32,000 nt of DNA from positions 1,860,001 to 1,892,000 of the forward strand of contig NC_006512.1 of NCBI RefSeq assembly GCF_000008465.1. The letters run 5' to 3'. The notes under the pieces were generated by a model, which saw only the letters and a program-made list of their open reading frames with translations, was not told the origin of the DNA and searched no databases. Each line of letters starts with the position of its first letter. Within the stretch, counting starts at the first letter, position 1. This document shows, in pieces, positions 19,126-30,006 of the stretch. Both the position numbers and the translations under genes were made by a program. Origin of the DNA: Idiomarina loihiensis L2TR. GTDB taxonomy: Bacteria > Pseudomonadota > Gammaproteobacteria > Enterobacterales > Alteromonadaceae.

Positions 19126-19749
19126 CTAAAAATCAAAAGGCTCTACGTCTCCGGAACCTTCGCGACGAATGGTCGGTGCTCCCTCAGATAAATCCACAAC
19201 CGTCGTTGGCTCTTCACCTTTATGACCACCATCAATAATTAAATCCACCAGCTTTTCCAGCTTATCCCGAATCTCTTCCGGATCAGATTCAGCCAGCATT
19301 CCTTGGCCAAGGATCAAGCTGGTCGACATTAATGGTTCATTTAACTCTTCCAGCAGAGCCATTGCGATACGATTAGTCGGAACCCGTATACCAATAGTTT
19401 TACGTTTGGGGTTCAACAGCCGCTTGGGAACCTCTTTCGTTCCTTTCAGAATAAAAGTGTAAGGTCCGGGAGTGTTGTTTTTCAGTAACCGGAAGGCATC
19501 GTTGTCAACCCGGGCATAAGTCGCAAGCTCAGATAAATCACGGCACATTAGAGTAAAATTGTGCTCTTTGTCTATTTCACGAATCTGGCAAATACGATCA
19601 GCTGCTGCTTTATTGCCAATTTGACAACCAATGGCATAACCCGAGTCAGTAGGGTAAACCACCACCCCACTTTTACGAATAATTTGAACCGATTGCTGAA
19701 TTAAACGTGCTTGAGGATTTTCCGGATGAATTTCAAAATATTGACTCAT
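19126..19749 (-). CDS. yciO: YciO (Sua5/YrdC/YwlC family) protein
   Basis: Collinear with remembered E. coli YciO (VVYPTDSGYAIGC, HNFTLMCRDLSEL, NNTPGPYTFILKGTKEVP). Confidence 0.9.
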   Translation of the reverse strand: MSQYFEIHPENPQARLIQQSVQIIRKSGVVVYPTDSGYAIGCQIGNKAAADRICQIREIDKEHNFTLMCRDLSELATYARVDNDAFRLLKNNTPGPYTFILKGTKEVPKRLLNPKRKTIGIRVPTNRIAMALLEELNEPLMSTSLILGQGMLAESDPEEIRDKLEKLVDLIIDGGHKGEEPTTVVDLSEGAPTIRREGSGDVEPFDF

Positions 19750-19767
19750 AATCTCACCTCAATCCTT

Positions 19768-20594
19768 CTACTGTGACCAATGCTCCCATATTGGCACACA
19801 GTCCGCTGGCAGACAAAGATTTTTACCAAGTTCGCGCCAATTCCCCGGATAGTGAAAATCCGACCCCTGCGAGGCTAGCAGACCATATTCCTGACTCATT
19901 TTCGCTAATGCATCACGATGACCGGGAGACTGCTGACACAAACTGACTTCCATGGCATCGAGCCCCCACTCTTTACCCTGTATTAAAAGCTTGCGCAGCC
20001 ATTTATTCGACATTTTGTAACCGTGGGGATGCGCCAGTACCGCCTTCCCCCCGGCGCCGTGGATGGCTTCTATCGCAGTGGGAATATCGCACCATTCGGG
20101 ATTGACATAGGCGCTGTTACCTTTGCCAATATAGCGATCGAAAGCTTTTTGAGGGTTACTGACAATACCTTTTCGTACCATAGCGTCAGCAATGTGCTTA
20201 CGTGTTGGCAACCCCTCCGTTTCGCATTCTTCTGCCGATAAACTGACACCGCGCTGGTATAGCTTTTCAAGCATCGCATCAAAGCGATCATAGCGACGTT
20301 GCTGTTGTTCGCTCAATAAAACCTTTAAGGGTTCCGCATCTGGGTCAATATTAAGTCCAACAATATGAATTTCAAAACTGTGCCAACGACAACTAATTTC
20401 AACTCCGTTCACCAGCTCTATTGGCAAATTCTCGTGTTCAATAAGACGACTCGCTTCTGCCAGCCCGTCAACGCAGTCATGATCGGTTATCGCCAGTACA
20501 TCGACGTTCTGTTCGCAGGCGCGCAGCACAAGCTCCGACACTGACAAAGAGCCATCAGAACAGGTGCTGTGACAATGCAAATCGTAAACTGACA

Positions 20595-20595
<1 letters not shown>
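19768..20595 (-). CDS. trpH: PHP-domain 5'-3' exoribonuclease RNase AM (TrpH/YciV)
   Basis: MSVYDLHCHSTCSDGSL...LAITDHD is a PHP metal-binding motif. ATG at 20595 overlaps the fadH TAA (TAATG), with GGAG upstream. The 50-codon extension in the track lies inside fadH. Confidence 0.9.
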
Positions 20596-22625
<2,030 letters not shown>

Positions 22626-22630
22626 TTATT

Positions 22631-22684
22631 TTAAACGGGTGTTTAATTTTTTCTAACTTTACTGCTTAAACCCGTTTAACTCAA
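22631..22684 (-). promoter_or_regulatory. Putative fadH promoter overlapped by two TTAAAC-Nx-GTTTAA palindromes (PsrA/TetR-type operator candidates)
   Basis: Site 1 is TTAAACGGGTGTTTAA (22631-22646). Site 2 is TTAAACCCGTTTAA (22666-22679). The minus strand reads TTGAGT-N17-TAAAGT (22684-22656), with site 2 inside the spacer. Confidence 0.35.
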
Positions 22685-22686
22685 GC

Positions 22687-23385
22687 TCAGAACGCCATCG
22701 CTTCACGCAATAAGAACCTTGAAAGCGCCATGCTATCGACTTGTACGTTAGGGTTTCCGTTACGCACTTGTTTCGAAACCTGCTCAAAAATCGGCCACAA
22801 CAGCTCCTGCACCTGATCATTCGCATCTTGCATTGACTGCAGGTCTTTCAATTTAAGCTGGTCAACATGCACACTTAAAATTGGCTCACCTTTATCAAAT
22901 AAGTTAATGGTAACGTCTTCCATCAACCACTCATCAACCCGCCAGTTTAAAGGCACCGAATTCACCTTTTGAACTTTAACACCACTCATTTGCTTTAGAA
23001 ATTCATGCAAGTTTGAGCGTCCGGTATCGTAATATGCGACGGTTAACTGAGCGCCGGACATCTCAATTTTAGAAATATCCACACGGCTGCTGCCAAGTGC
23101 CTGCCAGTCACCGGTTAGCATTAATTGCTTAGCCAGTAGAAGTTGATTTTCAGGCTCCGACAAGGCTTTGACCCGGGTCGCAAAACGAACATTATTTGCG
23201 GTCAGGCCATTGGTTAATGAGTTAACCTCAAGTTCGCCTACATCCAGATCCGCATTTAACTGCTCCGAGGCCATTGTCTGTAACCCCTCTTTCATCGCAT
23301 CAGACAAATTCTGAGCCGCAACGGAGAAGCTCAGCAGGGGTAAGAACAACCAAAAAGCCGCCCGCGTTATAGTTGTAAATTTCAT
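22687..23385 (-). CDS. Hypothetical secreted protein, 232 aa, function unknown
   Basis: ATG with AAGG RBS. Cleavable signal peptide (LLSFSVAAQ/N). No catalytic motif recognised. Repeated beta-strand-like segments faintly recall AsmA/DUF748-type proteins, which is a weak inference. Confidence 0.6.
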   Translation of the reverse strand: MKFTTITRAAFWLFLPLLSFSVAAQNLSDAMKEGLQTMASEQLNADLDVGELEVNSLTNGLTANNVRFATRVKALSEPENQLLLAKQLMLTGDWQALGSSRVDISKIEMSGAQLTVAYYDTGRSNLHEFLKQMSGVKVQKVNSVPLNWRVDEWLMEDVTINLFDKGEPILSVHVDQLKLKDLQSMQDANDQVQELLWPIFEQVSKQVRNGNPNVQVDSMALSRFLLREAMAF

Positions 23386-23507
23386 TGATGACCTTATTCA
23401 AATAGGTTCCAGTCGCAGGAATAAACCCAATAATCGCATAACCTTTGACTCTTTAAAGTAATTATTTGTTAATCTGAGGCAAGATTATAAAAACGGAGAA
23501 CAATCTT

Positions 23508-25043
23508 ATGCACAAGAGTCTCGCTTTAGTTGCCTCTTTAACTTTAATGGGCTGCTCAATCGTTTCTGCGCCCGTTACTGCAGAAGAAGCCCCGAATAAC
23601 CACAAGCGTATGCTGCCGGTCGACACCGAAGTCGTTACCGAACACAGCGTAGAAATTAAGGGCGAAACTGTCGACTACACAGCCACCGCAGGAACTCAAC
23701 CCGTGTGGGACGACGAAGGCAATCCGACCGCATCACTATTTTACACCTATTATGAACGTCAGGACGTTGATAACCGCGAATCTCGTCCGATTGTATACTC
23801 CTTTAACGGTGGCCCGGGTTCGGCATCGGTCTGGATGCACATTGCTTACACCGGTCCAAAAGTGCTAAACCTGAGCGATGAAGGTTACCCGGTTCAGCCT
23901 TATGGCGTGCAGGACAACCCGCACTCCATTCTCGATGTTGCCGACATTGTTTTCATTAACCCGGTTAACACCGGCTATTCACGCGTACTGCCGAATGAAG
24001 AAGGTGAAATGCCGTCTCGCGAGAAGCAAAAAGACATGTTCTTTGGCGTTAATGCCGACGTGAAATACCTGGCCGAATGGATGAATACTTTTACTTCACG
24101 CATGAACCGCTGGCAGTCGCCTAAGTACTTAATTGGTGAAAGCTATGGCACAACCCGTGTATCTGGCCTTGCACTAGAGCTTCAGAATAGCCAGTGGATG
24201 TATTTGAACGGTGTTGTTTTAGTTTCACCAACTGATATCGGCATTGACCGTGACGGACCGGTAAAACAAGCGAACCAATTACCTTACTTTGCAGCCGCCG
24301 CCTGGTATCACGACGCACTGCCAGAGGCTTTACAGAGTAAAGATTTAGACGAATTATTGCCTGAAGTAGAAAGCTTCACTCTGAACGAGTATTTACCTGC
24401 ATTAGCCAAAGGCGCCATGCTACCAGATGACGCACGTGAACAAATGGCAGAACAAGTCGCTAAATATTCAGGCCTTTCGAAGCAGGCTGTACTGGATAAC
24501 AACTTAGCGCCAAGCACCTGGTACTTCTGGAAGGAGTTACTGCGTGACCGTGACCGTACCATTGGCCGTTTAGACTCGCGCTACCTTGGACTTGATGAAA
24601 AGCGCGCTGGTGACCGTCCGGACTTTAACGCCGAACTGACTTCTTGGTTACACTCGTTCACGCCAGCCATTAACTACTACCTGCGTGAAGAATTAAACTT
24701 TGTGACCGACATTAAATACAACATGTTTGGCCCAGTTCACCCGTGGGATCGCACGAACAACAACACCGGTAAGCAACTGCGCCAGGCCATGGCACAAAAC
24801 CCTTATCTGAACGTGTTAGTACAGTCAGGTTACTTTGACGGTGCAACCAACTATTTCGACGCGAAGTACACAACCTGGCATTTGGATCCAAGTACTCAGA
24901 TGACTGATCGCATTGACTTTAAAGGTTACCGTAGTGGTCATATGATGTATCTGCGTCGTGCTGACCTGGAGAAGGCGAATGATGATTTACGCGAGTTTAT
25001 TCGTAAGTCTGATTCAAAAGGCAAACCGGCAGAATATAAATAG
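23508..25043 (+). CDS. Peptidase S10 (serine carboxypeptidase) family protein, probably exported or a lipoprotein
   Basis: FNGGPGSAS oxyanion block, catalytic-Ser motif GESYG, and C-terminal SGHMMY (catalytic His). Signal peptide with a possible lipobox LMGC. Confidence 0.8.
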   Translation: MHKSLALVASLTLMGCSIVSAPVTAEEAPNNHKRMLPVDTEVVTEHSVEIKGETVDYTATAGTQPVWDDEGNPTASLFYTYYERQDVDNRESRPIVYSFNGGPGSASVWMHIAYTGPKVLNLSDEGYPVQPYGVQDNPHSILDVADIVFINPVNTGYSRVLPNEEGEMPSREKQKDMFFGVNADVKYLAEWMNTFTSRMNRWQSPKYLIGESYGTTRVSGLALELQNSQWMYLNGVVLVSPTDIGIDRDGPVKQANQLPYFAAAAWYHDALPEALQSKDLDELLPEVESFTLNEYLPALAKGAMLPDDAREQMAEQVAKYSGLSKQAVLDNNLAPSTWYFWKELLRDRDRTIGRLDSRYLGLDEKRAGDRPDFNAELTSWLHSFTPAINYYLREELNFVTDIKYNMFGPVHPWDRTNNNTGKQLRQAMAQNPYLNVLVQSGYFDGATNYFDAKYTTWHLDPSTQMTDRIDFKGYRSGHMMYLRRADLEKANDDLREFIRKSDSKGKPAEYK

Positions 25044-25071
25044 AAAGTATAAACTGAAAGAAAAACAACTA

Positions 25072-25100
25072 TTGACAGACTTTCGCGCAAGCGTTAGTTT
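25072..25100 (+). promoter_or_regulatory. trp operon sigma70 promoter candidate
   Basis: Consensus -35 TTGACA (25072-25077), 16 nt, TTAGTT (25094-25099), about 40 nt upstream of the leader ATG. Confidence 0.5.
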
Positions 25101-25137
25101 GTCAGCATTAAATTGAATTAATAGAGCTATACAACTT

Positions 25138-25200
25138 ATGTTTTTACGCACAACAACACAACATTGGTGGTGGCACTTCCCAAACGAGCGGGTGGTGTAG
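25138..25200 (+). CDS. trpL: trp operon leader peptide, 20 aa, MFLRTTTQHWWWHFPNERVV, three consecutive Trp codons
   Basis: ATG at 25138, TGG TGG TGG at 25165-25173, TAG at 25198. Lies immediately upstream of an intrinsic terminator and trpE. The SD is weak. Confidence 0.8.
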   Translation: MFLRTTTQHWWWHFPNERVV

Positions 25201-25233
25201 TTGTGCGTGTAACGTAAATAGCTTCACTTTGAG

Positions 25234-25260
25234 AAACCCGCTCCTTTGAGCGGGTTTTTT
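25234..25260 (+). terminator. trp attenuator (intrinsic terminator)
   Basis: AAACCCGCTC-CTTT-GAGCGGGTTT with T6. The 3' arm sequence GAGCGGGT is duplicated at 25186-25193 inside the leader ORF, giving an alternative antiterminator pairing with 25236-25243. Confidence 0.85.
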
Positions 25261-25315
25261 ATTGCCGTTTCACTGGAGCAGGTTTGAACAACAACAAAAG
25301 AATACGAGGTCTGAG

Positions 25316-26914
25316 GTGAAAAACCTGACAACTGAACAAAACGGCAATTTAGAAACACTACGAGTGTCGCTGCCCTATCAGGCGGAGCCACTAAAAGTAT
25401 TTCAGAATACTTGCAGCACACAAGGTGAACATTTACTGCTGGACTCAGCTGATATCGGCACCAAGCAACAAGTAAAGAGCTTGCTACTGATTGATGCGGC
25501 GTTACGAATTACCTGTAACGACCAGCAAGTCACTATTATTGCCCTGACCGATAATGGTGCTGTTCTGCTCAGCTGGATTGAAGAGCAGCTCAAAGATAGT
25601 GCCGCCATTGAAAGAACGCCTGAACAACTGAGGTTAACTTTCAGTGCAGCAAATACACCGATTGACGAAGACTCCCGCTTACGTCAAATCAGTAACATGG
25701 AGCCGCTGCGAGTACTCCAACAAAAGCTCAATAAAGCCAACAACACAGCAAAACAGCATCCGTTTTCGGTCTTCCTCGGTGGTGCTTTTGCCTATGACTT
25801 CGTCGCCAGCTACGAGCAACTACCGCAAGTTGATGAAGGCGAGAACAACTGCCCTGACTATGTCTTTTACCTGGCGGAGACCTTGCTAATTATTGATCAC
25901 CAACAGCAAACCACTGAGCTGCTTGGCAGTGTATTCAGCGGTAAAGGTCACGACCAACGTTATCAAGCTATGAGCCAGCGTATAGGAGAACTGGCCGCAC
26001 GTTGTCAGCTACCGGCAATAGAACCTCAGCCTCAGCCGGTTGATGTACAAGTAACGGCCACGCCCTCAGCGGAAGAATTTGCACGCATTGTGACCCGGCT
26101 AAAAGAAAACATTGTCGCGGGCGATATTTTTCAGGTGGTACCGTCCCGGCGTTTTAAAATGCCCTGCCCTGACCCGTTAGCCGCTTATCAGCAATTGAAA
26201 AAGAACAACCCCTCGCCCTATATGTTTTTTATGAGTCATCCGGACTTTTGTCTGTTCGGTGCTTCGCCTGAATCTGCATTGAAATACCAGCAGGACATCA
26301 ATCAGGTAGAGCTTTACCCTATTGCAGGTACCCGCCCCCGCGGTAAGAGCGCCGACGGCAGCATTAGCCCTGATCTCGACAGCCGCATGGAACTGGAACT
26401 GCGGCTTGACCAAAAAGAACTGGCAGAGCATTTAATGCTGGTTGATTTAGCCCGCAACGATTTAGCCCGTATTAGCGAAACTGGCACTCGCTACGTTGCC
26501 GATCTACTTCAGGTTGACCGTTATTCTCATGTGATGCATTTGGTATCACGCGTAGTAGCAAAACTACGAAACGATTGCGATGCCCTTCACGCTTACCGTG
26601 CCTGCATGAACATGGGGACTCTGGTTGGTGCGCCGAAGGTAAGCGCTGCAACGCTTATTCGTCAGGTTGAAAAGCAACGCCGCGGCAGCTACGGCGGCGC
26701 TGTTGGGTATCTGGCCGGGAATGGCGACATGGATACCTGTATTGTTATTCGCTCCGCTTTCGTTAAAAACAACCAAGCCATAGTGCAAGCCGGTGCCGGC
26801 GTGGTGCATGACTCAGACCCGACCAGCGAAGTAACCGAAACCGAAAACAAAGCTAAGGCCGTTATTCTGGCAATTCAGCAGGCTCACACTTTACCTGACC
26901 AGGAGGCGGTATAA
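25316..26914 (+). CDS. trpE: Anthranilate synthase component I
   Basis: Collinear with remembered E. coli TrpE (LLLDSADI, IFQVVPSRRF, NPSPYMFFM, LMLVDLARNDLARI, GSYGGAVGY). Start placed at GTG 25316 (GAGG 6 nt upstream), not at the track's TTG 25262, which sits in the attenuator T-tract. Confidence 0.93.
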   Translation: MKNLTTEQNGNLETLRVSLPYQAEPLKVFQNTCSTQGEHLLLDSADIGTKQQVKSLLLIDAALRITCNDQQVTIIALTDNGAVLLSWIEEQLKDSAAIERTPEQLRLTFSAANTPIDEDSRLRQISNMEPLRVLQQKLNKANNTAKQHPFSVFLGGAFAYDFVASYEQLPQVDEGENNCPDYVFYLAETLLIIDHQQQTTELLGSVFSGKGHDQRYQAMSQRIGELAARCQLPAIEPQPQPVDVQVTATPSAEEFARIVTRLKENIVAGDIFQVVPSRRFKMPCPDPLAAYQQLKKNNPSPYMFFMSHPDFCLFGASPESALKYQQDINQVELYPIAGTRPRGKSADGSISPDLDSRMELELRLDQKELAEHLMLVDLARNDLARISETGTRYVADLLQVDRYSHVMHLVSRVVAKLRNDCDALHAYRACMNMGTLVGAPKVSAATLIRQVEKQRRGSYGGAVGYLAGNGDMDTCIVIRSAFVKNNQAIVQAGAGVVHDSDPTSEVTETENKAKAVILAIQQAHTLPDQEAV

Positions 26915-27549
26915 TGACTCAGTCAGCTCGTATCGTACTGATAGATAACGTCGACTCGTTCTCGTACAACCTGGTGGATGAGTTGCGCCAGTTAGGCTTT
27001 CCACTGGTCGTTTACCGTAACCAGCTGGCCGCAGCCGATGTGATCGAACAGCTGGAAAGTTACAGTGGCCCTCAATTGGTCTGCCTCTCACCCGGCCCCG
27101 GGCACCCAGCAAACGCAGGCAACTTAATGGAAGTGATCCGATACTGCGGTGGCCGCATACCCATGCTGGGTATTTGCCTCGGCTTTCAGGCGCTCATTGA
27201 ACACGCCGGTGGCCGCGTGGATACCTGTGGTGAGATTGTTCATGGTAAAACCGCAAAAATAGACACCGTGCCACACCCGGTGTTTGTCAGCGCGACAGAC
27301 AACAACCAATGCGTTGTGGCTCGTTACCACTCGCTTAGCGGTTATGACCTGCCCTCCACAGTGAGCATAATTGCCAGTTTGGATGGCCCTGACGGTAGTA
27401 TTCCTATGGCTGCTGAATTCTTCGGTAAAGAAGAAAACAACACCAATGCCATTGGTTTTCAGTTTCACCCTGAATCGCTTCTAACGCCAAAGGGAAAACA
27501 ATTACTTAGCAACAGTATTCAGTACTTATTAACAGGAGCAAAGCCATGA
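26914..27549 (+). CDS. trpG: Anthranilate synthase component II (glutamine amidotransferase), not fused to TrpD
   Basis: Class I GATase triad context (GICLGFQAL, FQFHPES). AGGAGG RBS. TAATG overlap with trpE. Confidence 0.95.
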   Translation: MTQSARIVLIDNVDSFSYNLVDELRQLGFPLVVYRNQLAAADVIEQLESYSGPQLVCLSPGPGHPANAGNLMEVIRYCGGRIPMLGICLGFQALIEHAGGRVDTCGEIVHGKTAKIDTVPHPVFVSATDNNQCVVARYHSLSGYDLPSTVSIIASLDGPDGSIPMAAEFFGKEENNTNAIGFQFHPESLLTPKGKQLLSNSIQYLLTGAKP

Positions 27550-28559
27550 AAGCCCTACAAACTCTGATGTCTGGTGAGTCTCTGACACAAGATCAAACCC
27601 GTGAGTTTTTCCAGCGCTTAATTAAAGGCGAGCTCAACGACATTCAGGTATCCGCCGCACTTATCGCCATGAAAATGCGGGGCGAGACCCCAGCCGAGTT
27701 AGCCGGTGCCGCTGAAGCCATATTATCCGCAGCGAAGCCATTCTTACGCTCCGACACCACGGTTATTGACAGTTGTGGTACCGGCGGCGATGGCAGTAAT
27801 ACCATCAATATTTCTACGACGGCGGCTTTAGTTGCCGCCAGTATGGGTCTGGCTGTGGCCAAACATGGTAATCGCAGTGTGTCTTCACGTTCAGGCTCAG
27901 CTGATGTACTCGAAGCACTCAAACTTCGCGTTAATCTGGATCCGTCGGATGCCTCGACTCAGTTAGCCGATAATGGTTTTTGCTTTCTATTTGCTCCGCA
28001 TTATCACCCGGGTATTAAGCATGCGATGCCGGTAAGGCAAACGCTGAAAACACGCACCTTATTCAACCTGATTGGTCCTTTAGTTAACCCTGCGCGTCCT
28101 GATGCTCAACTGCTCGGTGTTTATAGCGAGGAATGGGTAAGGCCAATGGCTGAAACCCTGCAACGACTGGGGGTTAAACGTGCTATGGTCGTACACGGAA
28201 GCGGGCTGGATGAACTGGCTCTGCATGGGCCAACGCGAGTTATTGAACTGCGCAACGGCGAGCTCAATGACTACCATGTAACACCTAATGACTTTGGGGT
28301 TCCCAGCGCCCCGCTTGATGAACTGAAAGGCGGTGACGCTGACTTTAACGCTCGTATTCTGGAAGACATTCTTGCCGGAGGCGGCAGCCCGGCTCAGCGC
28401 CACTCGGTTGCAATGAACGTTGCCGCTTTGCTGTATTTAAGTGGACAATACAACGATATGAAAGCCGCAACCGCAGCAACAATGGAGCATTTAGACACCG
28501 GCCAGCCACTCTTGCATTTACGTCGGGTGCAGGATGCTCAGGAGACCTATCATGTCTGA
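27546..28559 (+). CDS. trpD: Anthranilate phosphoribosyltransferase
   Basis: CGTGGDGSNTINIST and KHGNRSVSS motifs. ATGA overlap with trpG. Confidence 0.95.
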   Translation: MKALQTLMSGESLTQDQTREFFQRLIKGELNDIQVSAALIAMKMRGETPAELAGAAEAILSAAKPFLRSDTTVIDSCGTGGDGSNTINISTTAALVAASMGLAVAKHGNRSVSSRSGSADVLEALKLRVNLDPSDASTQLADNGFCFLFAPHYHPGIKHAMPVRQTLKTRTLFNLIGPLVNPARPDAQLLGVYSEEWVRPMAETLQRLGVKRAMVVHGSGLDELALHGPTRVIELRNGELNDYHVTPNDFGVPSAPLDELKGGDADFNARILEDILAGGGSPAQRHSVAMNVAALLYLSGQYNDMKAATAATMEHLDTGQPLLHLRRVQDAQETYHV

Positions 28560-30006
28560 CACCATTCGTTTAGAAAAGAACGTGCTGAAAACGATCGTTG
28601 AGCGCAAGGTTGAGCAGAACAAAACTCAGGCCGAGCTCATGCCCCTGAGTGAAATAAAGTCTCAGCTCAGACCCAGTGACCGTAGCTTATATGAAGCATT
28701 AAGCGGTGAGCAGGCAGGTTTTATTCTGGAGTGTAAAAAAGCCTCTCCTTCAAAAGGTTTAATTCGTGCTGACTTTGACGCACCACAGTTGGCAAAAAGC
28801 TACCAGCCTTATGCCGCAGCTATTTCCGTATTAACCGAGCCTGAGTTTTTTCAGGGGCGACTGGACTATCTGACAGCCGTGCGCCGGCAGGTTACCCAGC
28901 CGGTTTTATGCAAAGACTTTTTTATTGATGAAGAGCAAGTTTACCGCGCCCGCTACTTTGGTGCGGATGCTATTTTGCTTATGTTATCAGTCCTGGATGA
29001 TGCGCAATATATCGCCCTGCGCGATATAGCTGAGTCACTTGCGATGGATGTACTCACCGAAGTTGCCAACGAAGAAGAAATGAAACGTGCCGCGAAACTG
29101 GACGCAAACATCATTGGCATTAACCACCGCGATTTAACAGACTTGAGCATTGAGCCGAACCGCAGTGCGCAGTTAGCTCCGCTGGCTCCCCAAAATGCCT
29201 TACTCATTGCAGAGTCAGGTTTTGCTGAGCACGCCGACATTCGCCGGGTTGCCCCTTTTGTTAACGGCTTTCTTATCGGCAGCGCATTGAGCGCCCAGCC
29301 GGACGTTGATTTAGCCTGCCGCAAACTGCTTTATGGACAAAATAAAGTTTGCGGTCTGACTCGCGCTGAAGATGCCATAAACGCACGTTCTCAGGGTGCG
29401 GTATTCGGCGGGCTAATATTTGTTGAGCGTTCACCTCGTTGTGTGACACTGAAGCAGGCAAAGCAAATAACAACTGAAGCAAACGGACTTGAGTATGTGG
29501 GTGTTTTTGCTGATCAACCGTTAGAGAGCCTTATCGACACGGCAAAATACGTCGGGCTCTCTGCTATTCAACTGCACGGCCATGAAGATATCGACTATGT
29601 TGTTCAATTACGTCAGCAATTGCGTCAGGCAGGTCTGGAAGCAGTAAAAATATGGAAAGCTTTAGCTATTGAAAGCCCGGCACAGTTGCCGGATCTTGCG
29701 GTTGATGCATTTGTTCTGGATAACCGCGGTGGTGGCAGCGGCAAGGCTTTTAACTGGGAGTTGCTGGAACCATTAAGTACAGAGGAGCGTCAACGTTGTC
29801 TGTTAGCCGGAGGCATTGGCCCTGAAAGCATCAGCAGTGCAATAGAGTTAGGCTTTGCCGGAGTGGACATTAACTCTCAAGCCGAATGGAAACCTGGCAT
29901 TAAAAATAGCCAAAAAGTAGCTCAAACATTCACGAAAATCCGCCATTATGGTCGTTTTTCAGAAAAACATCTTTCAAATAAGAATACCCAACAGGAGGCT
30001 GTATGA
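28552..30006 (+). CDS. trpC: Bifunctional indole-3-glycerol-phosphate synthase / phosphoribosylanthranilate isomerase
   Basis: IGPS block ([28 protein letters not shown]) followed by a PRAI block (KVCGLTR...IQLHG). ATG at 28552 with CAGGAG upstream, overlapping the trpD end by 8 nt. Confidence 0.95.
   Translation: MSDTIRLEKNVLKTIVERKVEQNKTQAELMPLSEIKSQLRPSDRSLYEALSGEQAGFILECKKASPSKGLIRADFDAPQLAKSYQPYAAAISVLTEPEFFQGRLDYLTAVRRQVTQPVLCKDFFIDEEQVYRARYFGADAILLMLSVLDDAQYIALRDIAESLAMDVLTEVANEEEMKRAAKLDANIIGINHRDLTDLSIEPNRSAQLAPLAPQNALLIAESGFAEHADIRRVAPFVNGFLIGSALSAQPDVDLACRKLLYGQNKVCGLTRAEDAINARSQGAVFGGLIFVERSPRCVTLKQAKQITTEANGLEYVGVFADQPLESLIDTAKYVGLSAIQLHGHEDIDYVVQLRQQLRQAGLEAVKIWKALAIESPAQLPDLAVDAFVLDNRGGGSGKAFNWELLEPLSTEERQRCLLAGGIGPESISSAIELGFAGVDINSQAEWKPGIKNSQKVAQTFTKIRHYGRFSEKHLSNKNTQQEAV

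Noticed and set aside
25073-25104. Inverted repeat TGACA-N22-TGTCA spanning the trp promoter, considered as a TrpR-like operator.
   Set aside because: The arms are only 5 bp and do not resemble the GNACT-type TrpR half-sites I remember. It could be chance. It would only be worth revisiting if a trpR gene exists in the genome.
25262-25315. TTG-initiated extension of trpE (MPFHWSRFEQQQ...).
   Set aside because: The TTG sits in the attenuator T-tract and has no RBS. The E. coli TrpE alignment and GAGG 6 nt upstream support GTG at 25316.
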